NCBI GenBank assembly: GCA_046714435.1
Contig: JBKKAZ010000221.1
Location: 7,988 to 71,987 of the forward strand
Reading direction: 5' to 3'
DNA from: Casimicrobiaceae bacterium
GTDB taxonomy: Bacteria > Pseudomonadota > Gammaproteobacteria > Burkholderiales > Casimicrobiaceae
Length of the DNA stretch: 64,000 nucleotides
Position numbers and translations under genes: made by a program. Each line of letters begins with the position of its first letter. The stretch's first letter is position 1. This document shows, piece after piece, positions 40,736-50,403 of the stretch. The notes beneath the pieces were generated by a model, which did no database searches, was not told the DNA's origin, and saw nothing but the letters and a program-made list of their open reading frames with translations.

Positions 40736-43162
40736 TCAATCCGACTCCCTGGCAAGTATCGCCTTGCGATCCGGGTCGTACGGCGCTCGGATGTGACGTA
40801 CGGCGGGGTAGCGCACCCCCATCACCTCGACGGCATACTCGGCAGCCAGGGGCTCGTCGGCAGCGATGTAGGCGCACAGCAGGTTGCGGGCCACCGTATA
40901 GCCGTAACCTGCGCTGGTGACGCGCCCCAGCACGCGCTCGCCCGCCAGCACGACTTCGCCGCCGAACATGTTGACTTCGGGGGGCGCCGTGAACCAGGCG
41001 AGTTTCAATTTCGGACCCTCGGCCTTGATCCCGGCCAGAGCAGTACGCGCGAGAAAGTCGCCCTTGTCCAGCGCGACGCAGAAGCCCAGGCCGGCCTGGT
41101 AGGGGTTGTAGTCCGGGGTGATGTCCGATCCCCACACTAGATAGTGCTTCTCCAGGCGCAGACTGTTGATCGCCCGGTATCCCGCATTGGCGATGCCGTA
41201 GCGCTCACCGGCTTGCCACAGGCTTTCGTACAGCCCCAGCGCGTACTCGACCGGAACGTGCAGCTCGTAGCCCAGCTCGCCGAGGTAGGTCACACGCAAC
41301 GCGAGTGCGGGGGTGTAGGCGAGGTCGATCTCGCGCGCACTCATGTAAGGGAAGCTCGCATTGTCGAGCGGGGCGTCGGTGAGTTGCGCCAGCACGTCGC
41401 GCGAGCGCGGCCCGCAGACATTCAGCACCGCCCGCGCCGAGGTGTGTTCGACGATCGCCACACTGCCATCGTCGGGCAGGTGGCGTTCGATGGTCGAGCG
41501 ATCGCGCACGCCCAGCGCGCTGCCGGTGACGAAGTAGAAGCGGTCGTGGCCAAGCCGCGTAATCGTCACGTCGGCCTCGATGCCGCCGCGCTCATTGCAA
41601 AACTGGGTGTAGACGATGGTACCGACCGGGCGGTCCAGGTTGTTCACCGCGAGCTTCTGCAGGAGCGCGAGCGCGCCGGGGCCGCTTACCTCGTACTTGG
41701 AGAACGAACTCATGTCGATCAGGGCTACGCGTTCACGCACGGCGCGATGCTCGGCGCCGGTGGCCTCGAAAGCGGCGGTGCGGTCGAACGAGGGTGTTTC
41801 GATCGCCGCGGTGCCCGCCGGCGCGAACCAGTTCGCTCGCTCCCAGCCGAACTTGTTGCCGAACACCGCGCCCGCAGCCTTCAGCCGCGCGTGCAGCGGG
41901 CTGCGACGGGTGTCGCGTCCGACGTCAGGCTCGTAGCCGGGCCACGCGATGTGATAGTAGCGGCCGTAGCTCTCGACCGCGCGCTCGTACATGAACTTCT
42001 TGACCGAATGCGGCGTCCCGAAACGGCGAACATCGAAGGGCCACAGGTCCATGCCCGGGTCGCCGTCGACGATCCAGTTCGCCATGACCCAGCCGGCGCC
42101 GCCCGAGGCCGCGATGCCCGAGGTGAAGCCGCAGCAAAGGTAGAAATTGTCGAGCTCGGGCGACAGTCCGATGATGGGTTCCCCATCGGCGGAGATCGGT
42201 ATGGGGCCGTTGATGAGCTGTCTGATGCCAACTTCGTTGAGCACCGGAATGCGCGCTGCCGCGGCCTCGGCTAGCGGCGCGAAACGGTCGAAGTCCGACG
42301 GCAGCAACTCGGGTCCGAAGTTGGGACGGATGCCGGCGTCACCCCAGGGCACGGTGTTCGCTTCCCACCCGCCAACGGCGAGCGCGCCCGGCTCCGGCTT
42401 GACGTAGAAATTGGCGTCGGGATCGCGCAATGTCGGCAGGCCGTCGGGAATGCGCGGGGTCTTGTCGGTGACGAAATACTGGTGCTCGACGGCGCACGCT
42501 GCCACGCGCGTGCCGACCATGGCCGCGATATCGCGTCCCCACATGCCGGCCGCATTGATCACGCATTCGGCCTCGATCCTGCCCTGGTCGGTGATCACGC
42601 CGGTGACGCGCCGGCCGCGCTTTTCGAGCGACGTCACGACCACGTTCTGGATGATCGTGACACCCCCGGCGCGGGCACCAGCCGCATAGGCGTTGGTGAG
42701 GCTGGTCGGATCGACGTAGCCATCGCCTGCGATCCATGCCGCCCCGACCACACCGTCGACTTCGAGCAGCGGAAAGCGCTCCTGCGCCTCGCGGGCGGAA
42801 ACGAGTTCGACGTGAAAGCCGAAACCCTTCGCCATCGTCGCCGATCGCTGCAACTCCCGCCAGCGCGCCACCGACGAAGCGAGCCGCAGGCTGCCGACGC
42901 CGTGCCAGCCAGTCGCCTGTCCGGTTTCGGCCTCGAGCCTGGCATAGAGTTCGGCGGAATAGCGCATCAGCCGGGTCAGGTTGCTGCTGCTGCGCAACTG
43001 CCCGACCAGGCCCGCGGCATGCCATGTCGCACCGTGGGTGAGCTGCAATCGCTCCAGCAGGACGACGTCGCGCACGCCGAGCCGGGCGAGGTGGTAGGCG
43101 ATGCTGCAGCCGATGGCGCCGCCGCCGATGATCACGATGCGGCTCGTGCTGGGGACTGCCAT
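40736..43162 (-). CDS. GcvT-family FAD/folate-dependent N-demethylating oxidoreductase (DMGDH/SARDH-like), copy 2
   Basis: 808 aa. GGGAIG, GATWHAAGLVGQLRSS, NGPIPISADG, DMSSFSK and LRLEKHY..WG.DITP. Confidence 0.88.
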   Translation of the reverse strand: MAVPSTSRIVIIGGGAIGCSIAYHLARLGVRDVVLLERLQLTHGATWHAAGLVGQLRSSSNLTRLMRYSAELYARLEAETGQATGWHGVGSLRLASSVARWRELQRSATMAKGFGFHVELVSAREAQERFPLLEVDGVVGAAWIAGDGYVDPTSLTNAYAAGARAGGVTIIQNVVVTSLEKRGRRVTGVITDQGRIEAECVINAAGMWGRDIAAMVGTRVAACAVEHQYFVTDKTPRIPDGLPTLRDPDANFYVKPEPGALAVGGWEANTVPWGDAGIRPNFGPELLPSDFDRFAPLAEAAAARIPVLNEVGIRQLINGPIPISADGEPIIGLSPELDNFYLCCGFTSGIAASGGAGWVMANWIVDGDPGMDLWPFDVRRFGTPHSVKKFMYERAVESYGRYYHIAWPGYEPDVGRDTRRSPLHARLKAAGAVFGNKFGWERANWFAPAGTAAIETPSFDRTAAFEATGAEHRAVRERVALIDMSSFSKYEVSGPGALALLQKLAVNNLDRPVGTIVYTQFCNERGGIEADVTITRLGHDRFYFVTGSALGVRDRSTIERHLPDDGSVAIVEHTSARAVLNVCGPRSRDVLAQLTDAPLDNASFPYMSAREIDLAYTPALALRVTYLGELGYELHVPVEYALGLYESLWQAGERYGIANAGYRAINSLRLEKHYLVWGSDITPDYNPYQAGLGFCVALDKGDFLARTALAGIKAEGPKLKLAWFTAPPEVNMFGGEVVLAGERVLGRVTSAGYGYTVARNLLCAYIAADEPLAAEYAVEVMGVRYPAVRHIRAPYDPDRKAILARESD

Positions 43163-43264
43163 GGTGCAACGCTCGCGTCGATGCTGACCGGGCATTATAA
43201 GGTCGCTTGGTGTCGCGACCCTGCTCGCCGGTTGTCGCAGCGATGCCAGCGAAGTGACGGATCG

Positions 43265-44149
43265 TCAGGCCGCTTCACCGCGCCGAAGCTTTTCGATTCG
43301 CGCCTGCGCGACGCTGTGCATGGGAACGAAGCCATGCCGCAGCAGCCAGTCGGCAATCACCAGGCTAGCGTCGGCCGTCACCACGTCCTCGCCCGTCGCG
43401 GACCCGGCGAGTTCGGCGACCTGGTCTGGCGAAGTGAGTCGGAATTCGGTCACCTCGCCATCCTGATTGGAGGGGACGAAACGGGCCGGCAGCTCGAGAT
43501 CATGGACGTGAATCGTGTCGCGATGCAGGCCGTCGGGCTGTGCGCGTCGGATCTGTACGGCGCCAGCCGCGCGCGCGGTGAGTGCGAGTTCGGCGGGTAG
43601 GCCGGCTTCTTCCCAAGCCTCCTTGACCAGCGTCGCGGCAATGCTCTCCCCCGTGGGGACGCCGCCACCGACCAGATTGTCGAGTTGGCCGGGATCGATG
43701 GCCTTGTCCAGGCTGCGCCGCGCCAACCACATCCGCGTCGCGCCGTCGCGCAGCGTGGTCCCGTTGAGATGGGCGGCGTAGCTTCGGATGCCGAAAAAAC
43801 GGGCGGCGGCGCGCTCGAGCAGGCAAAGCGGCGGGGCATCGAACGTCGCCGCCACCGCGTAGCGCTCATCCCGCCAGCGTGTCAGCGCGCCCTCGGCGGC
43901 AAGTGCCCGCGCGACGTCATCGAGGGCGCGAGTGCGCAAGGCCGGCGTCGTCAACGCAGGTCGGAATCGGACTGCATCCGCGTCGACGCTGAACACGTGG
44001 TCGAAGCGAGCAAGCGCCCGTGCGCGATGGTCATCAATCTCGCCGACGATGTGCCCGTCGACGAGCCAGGGACGAAGCGCCATGACTGGCGGCGCGAGCG
44101 CCTCGGCCAGGCGGTCGACCAGACGGTTTAGAATGCGCTCCGCGATCAT
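43265..44149 (-). CDS. NUDIX hydrolase with N-terminal DUF4743-like domain
   Basis: [16 protein letters not shown]...[24 protein letters not shown] and the Nudix box KEAWEEAG. Confidence 0.85.
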   Translation of the reverse strand: MIAERILNRLVDRLAEALAPPVMALRPWLVDGHIVGEIDDHRARALARFDHVFSVDADAVRFRPALTTPALRTRALDDVARALAAEGALTRWRDERYAVAATFDAPPLCLLERAAARFFGIRSYAAHLNGTTLRDGATRMWLARRSLDKAIDPGQLDNLVGGGVPTGESIAATLVKEAWEEAGLPAELALTARAAGAVQIRRAQPDGLHRDTIHVHDLELPARFVPSNQDGEVTEFRLTSPDQVAELAGSATGEDVVTADASLVIADWLLRHGFVPMHSVAQARIEKLRRGEAA

Positions 44150-44202
44150 CGGGTCATTGTAGAGTTCCCGATCCGAGAGAAGATCGCCTGCCACCGACAT
44201 CC

Positions 44203-45063
44203 ATGCCCGCGCGCCTCATCGACGGCAAGTCCCTCGCCGAACGAACCACCCGGGAACTCGCCGAGCGTGTCAAGGCACGTACGCTCGCGGGCAAGCGGAT
44301 TCCGGGGCTCGCCGTGGTGCTCGTCGGTGACCACGCCGCCTCGCACCTCTACGTGCGCAACAAGCGGCGCACGACGGAAGGCGTGGGCATGCGCTCGTTC
44401 GCTCACGACCTGCCGGCAGAGGTGTCCAACGCGGCGCTGGGGTCCCTGATCGACCATCTGAACGCCGATCCCGACGTGTCCGGCATCCTCGTGCAACTGC
44501 CGCTGCCCAAGCACATCGACGCCGGAGCGGTCGTGGAGCACATCGATCCCGCCAAGGATGTCGACGGCTTCCATCCTTACAACATCGGCCGGCTGGTCTT
44601 GAAGTCACCCACGCTGCGCCCGTGCACGCCCTACGGATGCATGAAGCTGCTGGCGGAGACCGGCGCGGACCTGGTCGGCATGCACGCCGTGGTCATCGGG
44701 CAGTCGAACATCGTCGGCCGGCCGATGGCGCTCGAACTGTTGATGGCCCGCTGCACCGTCACCATTTGCCATTCGGCGACGCGCGACCTGCCGGGTATCG
44801 TGCGCCAGGGCGACATCGTGGTCGCCGGTGTGGGCAAGCCGAAGTTCGTGCCGGGCGACTGGATCAAGCCGGGTGCGATCGTCCTCGATGTCGGCATCAA
44901 TCGCGGTGACGACGGCAAGCTCGTCGGCGACGTCGATTTCGAAGCCGCGCGCGAGCGGGCGGCGTGGATTACGCCGGTGCCGGGCGGGGTCGGCCCGATG
45001 ACGGTCGCGATGCTGTTGTCGAACACGCTTCGCGCTGCGGAATTGCAGGACCCGGCCTCGTAG
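44203..45063 (+). CDS. folD: Methylene-THF dehydrogenase/methenyl-THF cyclohydrolase
   Basis: [41 protein letters not shown] and [16 protein letters not shown]. Confidence 0.97.
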   Translation: MPARLIDGKSLAERTTRELAERVKARTLAGKRIPGLAVVLVGDHAASHLYVRNKRRTTEGVGMRSFAHDLPAEVSNAALGSLIDHLNADPDVSGILVQLPLPKHIDAGAVVEHIDPAKDVDGFHPYNIGRLVLKSPTLRPCTPYGCMKLLAETGADLVGMHAVVIGQSNIVGRPMALELLMARCTVTICHSATRDLPGIVRQGDIVVAGVGKPKFVPGDWIKPGAIVLDVGINRGDDGKLVGDVDFEAARERAAWITPVPGGVGPMTVAMLLSNTLRAAELQDPAS

Positions 45064-45083
45064 ATTGTCAAATCGTCCCGAGG

Positions 45084-45269
45084 TCAGCCGCGGTCCGTCG
45101 CGGCATCGGGCGCGGGATTCCCCGCCGTCGCGACACGTGGCGCCGCGCGCCACAACAACGTGAAACGCACGAGCTCGTCGAGCCAGCGCAAACGCTCGAT
45201 GAGCGGCACCTGTGCGTAGGCTCGCAGGCGCTCGTCGGAGATCGTGTAATGGCAGTCGATCGTGCGCAT
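45084..45269 (-). CDS. Small hypothetical protein coupled to a nucleotidyltransferase
   Basis: 61 aa (ISDERLRAYAQVPLIERLRWLDEL). TGATG overlap with the upstream NTase gene. Confidence 0.65.
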   Translation of the reverse strand: MRTIDCHYTISDERLRAYAQVPLIERLRWLDELVRFTLLWRAAPRVATAGNPAPDAATDRG

Positions 45270-45766
45270 CAGCCGCCCAGACCGAGATGCTTCAGGCGTT
45301 CGAGGGCCGCGATGTCCGATGCGTCGATCGAGCGGCCCGCTGCGCGCTTGAGCGCAATGAGATCGTCGATGCTCGCCACCGGGATGGCGAGAGTGCCGAC
45401 CAATTTCACCAGCGCGCCCGCAGCAAGCCGCTCGAACGGCACGACCGGATCGATCAGGCAGTCGACGGTCGGGCCGACGCCCCGGTCTGGTCGCAGTCCC
45501 AACGCGACCATGTTCCTGTCCCGCCGCCAGCGTCGCAAGGTCTCGGGGTCGCGCGCCTCATGGATCGTCACGGGTGCGACCGGCACGAGTCCGAGTGCCT
45601 CGAAGGCGTCGATCGCCGCCCCTAGGTTGGACGCATCGAGGGCAACGGCCAGATCAACGTCCATCGTCGCGCGCTCGACGCCGTGCAGGTTCAGCGCCAG
45701 ACCGCCGACCACCACGTAGCGCACGCGATGGCGGGCGAGGGCGCCGAACAGGTCGAGGTAGAACAT
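45269..45766 (-). CDS. Pol-beta-superfamily nucleotidyltransferase (DUF6036/AbiEii-like)
   Basis: YVVVGGLALNLHG..RATMDVD (GG...DxD) and C-terminal VASIDDLIALKRAAGRS.D..DI. Confidence 0.8.
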   Translation of the reverse strand: MFYLDLFGALARHRVRYVVVGGLALNLHGVERATMDVDLAVALDASNLGAAIDAFEALGLVPVAPVTIHEARDPETLRRWRRDRNMVALGLRPDRGVGPTVDCLIDPVVPFERLAAGALVKLVGTLAIPVASIDDLIALKRAAGRSIDASDIAALERLKHLGLGG

Positions 45767-45813
45767 GCCGGCATTATCGCCCGACGTACGGCGATCCGGG
45801 CGACAAGGGCCCC

Positions 45814-45873
45814 ATGACGGTCCTGCTGTGGGTGCTGGCCATTGCGCTGATCGGCACGGCGGCGAAGGTCGCC
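45814..45873 (+). pseudogene. Possible internally deleted DUF456-family gene remnant
   Basis: Reads MTVLLWVLAIALI-GTAAKVA, resembling the extreme N- and C-terminal segments of DUF456 membrane proteins joined together. Confidence 0.4.
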
Positions 45874-45976
45874 ACAGCGTTGAATTGTGGTCTGACCCTG
45901 CTTTCGCCTGCTTTCGCTCGAAGAGCATTGGGCCACGTAGACTGTCAACATGCTGCGACCGACCCAAGGAGTTGAC

Positions 45977-46951
45977 ATGAATGCTCTGCGAATTACCCGT
46001 GGAATCGCCATCGCGTTACTGAGCGTCGCCGCGCAAGTCGCGACCGCACAGCCGTGGCCCGCAAAGCCCGTCCGCCTGGTGGCCGTGTTTCCGCCGGGCG
46101 GCTCGGTCGATCAGGTGTCTAGGGTGCTGGCGCAACAGCTCACCCTGCAGCTTGGCCAAACCTTTATTGTGGAGAACAAGGGCGGGGCATCGGGCTCGAT
46201 CGGTACGGCCGAGGTCGCGCGTTCGGCACCCGACGGGACCACCTTCGCAATGGTGTTCGACACCCACGCGGTCAACCCTTCGCTGATCCCAAACCTGCCG
46301 TTCAACACGGTCAAGGACCTGGCGCCAGTGATGCTGATCGGCACCTCGCCGATGGCCATCGTCGCGCACGTAGCGCAGCCGTACAAGGATTTCCGCGACG
46401 TGATTGCCGACGCGAAGACCAAGCGCGGCGGCGTCGCCTACGGGTCGATCGGCGCTGGTTCGCTTGGCCACCTCGCCATGGCGCAGATCGGCAACCAGCT
46501 GGGGGTGGAGTTCACGCACGTACCCTATCGCGGCGGCGGTCCGTTGATGAACGACGCCATCGGGGGCCAGGTCCCGCTCGCCATCGGTACCGTGTTCCTG
46601 GTCACGCCGCACGTCAAGAGCGGCAAGGTCAAGGCGCTGGCGGTCACGTCGCGCGGGCCGGACGCACAGCTTCCGGAGGCGCAGCCGGTAGCGCAGCAGG
46701 GCGTGCCCGGCTTCGAAGCCATGGCGTGGTGGGGCGTGTTTGCGCCGGCGGGTACGCCGCCACCGATTGTGCAGAAAATGCATGAGGAGCTCGCGAAAGC
46801 CCTGAAGGTACCCGCAGTGGCCGAACGGCTCACCGGTCAGGGGATGACGCTTCGCGGCGGAACTCCCGACGAACTCCAGGCGTTCCTGACCACGGAGATC
46901 GCGCGCTGGGCGAAGGTCGTCAAGGACAACAACATCAAGTCCGGCGACTGA
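45977..46951 (+). CDS. Tripartite tricarboxylate transporter substrate-binding protein (Bug/TctC), orphan
   Basis: WPAKPVRLV..FPPGGSVD, IVENKGGASG.IG, DGTT, HVPYRGGGP and WWGVFAPAGTP. RBS AAGGAG. Confidence 0.93.
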   Translation: MNALRITRGIAIALLSVAAQVATAQPWPAKPVRLVAVFPPGGSVDQVSRVLAQQLTLQLGQTFIVENKGGASGSIGTAEVARSAPDGTTFAMVFDTHAVNPSLIPNLPFNTVKDLAPVMLIGTSPMAIVAHVAQPYKDFRDVIADAKTKRGGVAYGSIGAGSLGHLAMAQIGNQLGVEFTHVPYRGGGPLMNDAIGGQVPLAIGTVFLVTPHVKSGKVKALAVTSRGPDAQLPEAQPVAQQGVPGFEAMAWWGVFAPAGTPPPIVQKMHEELAKALKVPAVAERLTGQGMTLRGGTPDELQAFLTTEIARWAKVVKDNNIKSGD

Positions 46952-46997
46952 CGGCGCCGCGGCGATGCGGATGGCCGGCGTTTAGTCCAGGCTGTGC

Positions 46998-48368
46998 CTA
47001 TGTGCCGCGAAGGTGCCAGGCCTTCGGTCGAGTGAACGTCGTGATACCGTAGGTCGACAGCGTGAGACCCATGCCGGATTGCTTGACGCCGGACCAGGGC
47101 AGGCGCGGACTGACCCGGTCGCAGCAATTCCAGTAGACGCTGCCGGCCTCGAGCCGGTCGAGGATGCGCCGGGCGCGCTTCTCGCCCTTCGCGTAAACAC
47201 CAGCAGTCAGGCCGTAGACGCTGTCGTTCATCAGGCGGACCGCCTCGTCGTCGTCGCGCACCCGCTGGATGCCGATGACCGGACCGAAGCTCTCCTCGCG
47301 CATTAGCTGCATGCGGTGGTCGACGTCGACGACCACCGTGGGCTGAAACCAGTTGCCACGCTGCTCGACGATGCCGCCGCCGGTGAGCACCTTCGCACCC
47401 AGCCGCTTCGCCTCGGCGACCTGACGCCTCAGGACGGCCAGTTGCGCGCGGCGGGTGACCGGTCCGAGGTACGTAGCCTCATCCATCGGATCGCCCTGGC
47501 GGAAGGCCTTGACCTCCCGCACCAGCGCATCGACGAACGCGTCGTGGATCTCGTCAGCCACGTAAACACGCTCGACGGCGCAGCACGATTGGCCGTTGTT
47601 GTAGAACGCGCCGTCCGCAACGGCAGCCGCGGACGCCTTCACGTCGACGTCCTCGCAGACGTAGATCGGGTCCTTGCCGCCGAGTTCGAGTTGCACCTTG
47701 ATCATCCGCCGTCCGGCGCTTGCGGCGATCTTGCGCCCGGTCGCGGCAGAACCGGTGAAGAACACCGCGTCGACCGGTTGCCTGAGCAACGCGCCTCCGG
47801 TGATGCCATCGCCAATCACTGGAATGAAGACGTCTTCCGGCACACCGGCGTCCTTGAGCATCAGGGCGATATGCAGTCCAGTGAGCGTCGCATGCTCCGA
47901 GGGCTTGTAGAGCACGGCGTTGCCGGCGATAAGCGCGGGTACGAACACGTTGGCGCCGACGAAGTACGGATAGTTCCATGCCGAGATGTTGGCCACCACG
48001 CCCAGGGGCTCGTGGGAGATCCGCTCCTCGAGCTTGCTGTCGACGTCGGCGAGCACGGTTTCGCTGCGCAGCATCCGTGCGGACTCGGCCAGAAAGAAAT
48101 CGATGCGCGCCAGCAGGCCGTTCAGCTCGTTTCGCGACTGCCGAATCGGCTTGCCAACCTCCTCGGTCAGGGTGCGCGCAAGTGCGTCGTGCCTTTCGAC
48201 GACCAGCGCTCGAAACGCGGCTATTGTCGCCAGCCGCTTCTTGATCGACAGCGCCGCCCACGCCGGCTGGGCGGCCCGGGCGCGCTGGTACTTGCGGCGC
48301 ACGGCAGCATGCCGGTCCGTTTCGACTTCGGTGATCACCGCGCCGGTGGCGGGATTTTGTATTTTCAT
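46998..48368 (-). CDS. Aldehyde dehydrogenase
   Basis: ISAWNYPY, YKPSE, FFTGS, LELGGKDP, NNGQSCCAVER and EESFGP. Confidence 0.92.
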   Translation of the reverse strand: MKIQNPATGAVITEVETDRHAAVRRKYQRARAAQPAWAALSIKKRLATIAAFRALVVERHDALARTLTEEVGKPIRQSRNELNGLLARIDFFLAESARMLRSETVLADVDSKLEERISHEPLGVVANISAWNYPYFVGANVFVPALIAGNAVLYKPSEHATLTGLHIALMLKDAGVPEDVFIPVIGDGITGGALLRQPVDAVFFTGSAATGRKIAASAGRRMIKVQLELGGKDPIYVCEDVDVKASAAAVADGAFYNNGQSCCAVERVYVADEIHDAFVDALVREVKAFRQGDPMDEATYLGPVTRRAQLAVLRRQVAEAKRLGAKVLTGGGIVEQRGNWFQPTVVVDVDHRMQLMREESFGPVIGIQRVRDDDEAVRLMNDSVYGLTAGVYAKGEKRARRILDRLEAGSVYWNCCDRVSPRLPWSGVKQSGMGLTLSTYGITTFTRPKAWHLRGT

Positions 48369-48380
48369 CGTGAGTCCAAG

Positions 48381-48412
48381 AGACGCTGGGTTCCCGCCTT
48401 CGCGGGAACGAC
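48381..48412. repeat. REP palindrome, single arm
   Basis: AGACGCTGGGTTCCCGCCTTCGCGGGAACGAC is nearly identical to the right arm of the 53518-53592 element. Confidence 0.8.
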
Positions 48413-48426
48413 GAAGGAAGGGAGCG

Positions 48427-49224
48427 CTACAGCGCGTACGCCGCCGACTTGTGGCGGGCCGTTGTGGCGAGAAAATCGTCGAGCACCGGCGTGTCGTCGA
48501 TGTAGGAGTGGTCGCCGGGCGGGTGGAACTCGGGGTGCCACTGCAGCGCAAACAGGTACGATGGCCCGGTCCAGCGGATCGCCTCGGCGATGCGGTCGGG
48601 CTCCGACCAGGCTTCGACCACCAGGTCCTTGCCCAGTTCCTTCACCGCCTGATGGTGGATCGAATTGGTCTTCACGATCGACGCGCCGGGATACAGGCGG
48701 GCGAGCCCGCTGCCGGGCACCAGCGAAGTCGCGTGGCAGTTCCGTTCGTAGATCGACCAATTGCGATGATTGAGCGCGTGCGGAACCTGCGTGCCGAGGT
48801 CCTGCCAAAGCGTTCCGCCCATCGCGACGTTGACGACCTGCGCACCGCGGCACACGCCCAGCACCGGCTTGCCACAGGCGATGAAGGCCTTCAGAAGACC
48901 GATCTCGTAATCGTCCCTGACGCGGTCGCCACTCCATTCGGGACGGAGCGCGCTTTCGCCGTAGCTTTCCGGACAGACGTCCGCGCCACCCATCAGCACC
49001 AGGGCGTCGAGCGATGCCGCATAGGCATCGAGTGTTACCTTGCTGCTGGCGCGCCGCGTGGATCCATCGGGCGAGGGAATCATGAACGCCAGCACGTCGC
49101 GCTGCATCAGCCAATGCGCGATATTCTGCTCGATGTACTGCAAGGTCATGCCCTTGAAGATCGGCCTCGCGGGATCGGCGTGGAAGAACGATGCGGAGAT
49201 GCCGATCTCGAGCATGTTCGTCAC
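48427..49224 (-). CDS. Gamma-glutamyl-amide hydrolase (peptidase C26, PuuD-like)
   Basis: LVLMGGADV, PVLGVCRGAQVVNVAMGGTLWQD, VKTNSIHHQAVK and QWHPEF. Confidence 0.9.
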   Translation of the reverse strand: MTNMLEIGISASFFHADPARPIFKGMTLQYIEQNIAHWLMQRDVLAFMIPSPDGSTRRASSKVTLDAYAASLDALVLMGGADVCPESYGESALRPEWSGDRVRDDYEIGLLKAFIACGKPVLGVCRGAQVVNVAMGGTLWQDLGTQVPHALNHRNWSIYERNCHATSLVPGSGLARLYPGASIVKTNSIHHQAVKELGKDLVVEAWSEPDRIAEAIRWTGPSYLFALQWHPEFHPPGDHSYIDDTPVLDDFLATTARHKSAAYAL

Positions 49225-50396
49225 AGCGCGGCGGCGAACAGCGCCTCGAAGTCGGCTGCGGTGCAGGGGCGAGGGTTGGTCTGGTGGCAAAGGTCCTTGT
49301 CGGCGACCTTGACCAGCGCTGGGATGTCGGCGCGCGTAATGCCGCGCGTGCCGCGGTAGTCGGCAAGCCGCGCCGGAATGCCGATTGCCGCCTTCAGCAC
49401 GCCAAGCCAGACGATGAACGCCTGGGCGCGGGCCTCGTCCGAACCCGCTTCGCCGCCGGGGACGCGCGCAACGCGGGCGAGTTCGGCCATTTTCGCCGCG
49501 GCGACCGGCAGATTAAATCGCATCACATGGTCGATCATGATGCCGTTGGCGAGGCCGTGATGCAGGTCGGCCACGGTGGATAGCGCGTGCGCGCAGGAGT
49601 GCACGGCGCCCAGGTCTTTCTGGAACGCGATGGCACCCATCATCGACGCCATCATCATGTCGCTGCGCGCATCGAGATCCCGTCCGTTGGCGACGGCGCG
49701 CGGAAGTGCGCGCGCGGCGATGCGCACGCCCTCGACAGCGACCCCGTCGCAGAGCGGATGGTACGCGGGCGAAAGGTAGGACTCGACGTTGTGAGTAAGT
49801 GCGTCCATGCCGGTCGCGGCTGTGACCGGTGGCGGCAGGTCGATGGTCAACGCCGGGTCGGCGAACACGGCCCTCGCCAGAATCAAGGGCGAAAACACGA
49901 TCCGCTTGATGTGAGTGTCGTCCTCCGAGACCACACTGGAACGGCCGACCTCGGAACCGGTGCCGGCCGTCGTCGGCAATGCAACAAAGTAGGGCGGGTC
50001 GGCAGGAATCGGCCGTACCTGCGGATGGTCGTACGCGTACTCCAGCGCGTCACCCCCGGCGGTGCCCAGTACGCCGACGATCTTCGCGACGTCCAGCGCG
50101 GCCCCGCCGCCGAAGCCTACGACGCAGTCCGCAGCGTGCGTACGAAACGCGGCGCCACCGGCGTTCGCCTGCGAGGCCAGCGGATTGCCGAACACGCCAT
50201 CGAAGACCGCCACGGCCAATCCTGCCGAACGCAGCGATTCGACGAAATCTCTTGCGATAGGCAGCTGCGCGAGAGCGCGGTCGGTGACCAGCAGAGGTCG
50301 TCGCTTATCCAGTTCGGCGAGATGGCGTCCGACGGCTTGCGACGCACCGGCGCCGAAATGGATCGTCGTGGGAAACGCGAAGCGATGGAGTGTCAT
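49221..50396 (-). CDS. Iron-containing alcohol dehydrogenase
   Basis: FPTTIHFG.GA, VGFGGGAALDVAK, PTTAGTGSEV, TGMDALTHNVE, HSCAH and HHGLAN. Confidence 0.92.
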   Translation of the reverse strand: MTLHRFAFPTTIHFGAGASQAVGRHLAELDKRRPLLVTDRALAQLPIARDFVESLRSAGLAVAVFDGVFGNPLASQANAGGAAFRTHAADCVVGFGGGAALDVAKIVGVLGTAGGDALEYAYDHPQVRPIPADPPYFVALPTTAGTGSEVGRSSVVSEDDTHIKRIVFSPLILARAVFADPALTIDLPPPVTAATGMDALTHNVESYLSPAYHPLCDGVAVEGVRIAARALPRAVANGRDLDARSDMMMASMMGAIAFQKDLGAVHSCAHALSTVADLHHGLANGIMIDHVMRFNLPVAAAKMAELARVARVPGGEAGSDEARAQAFIVWLGVLKAAIGIPARLADYRGTRGITRADIPALVKVADKDLCHQTNPRPCTAADFEALFAAAL

Positions 50397-50403
50397 GCGC
50401 AAC

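Noticed and set aside
45061-45071. TAGATTGTCAA matches the left part of the phnR operator region
   Set aside because: It is a half-site only, overlaps the folD stop codon, and lies between convergent genes where an operator makes no sense.
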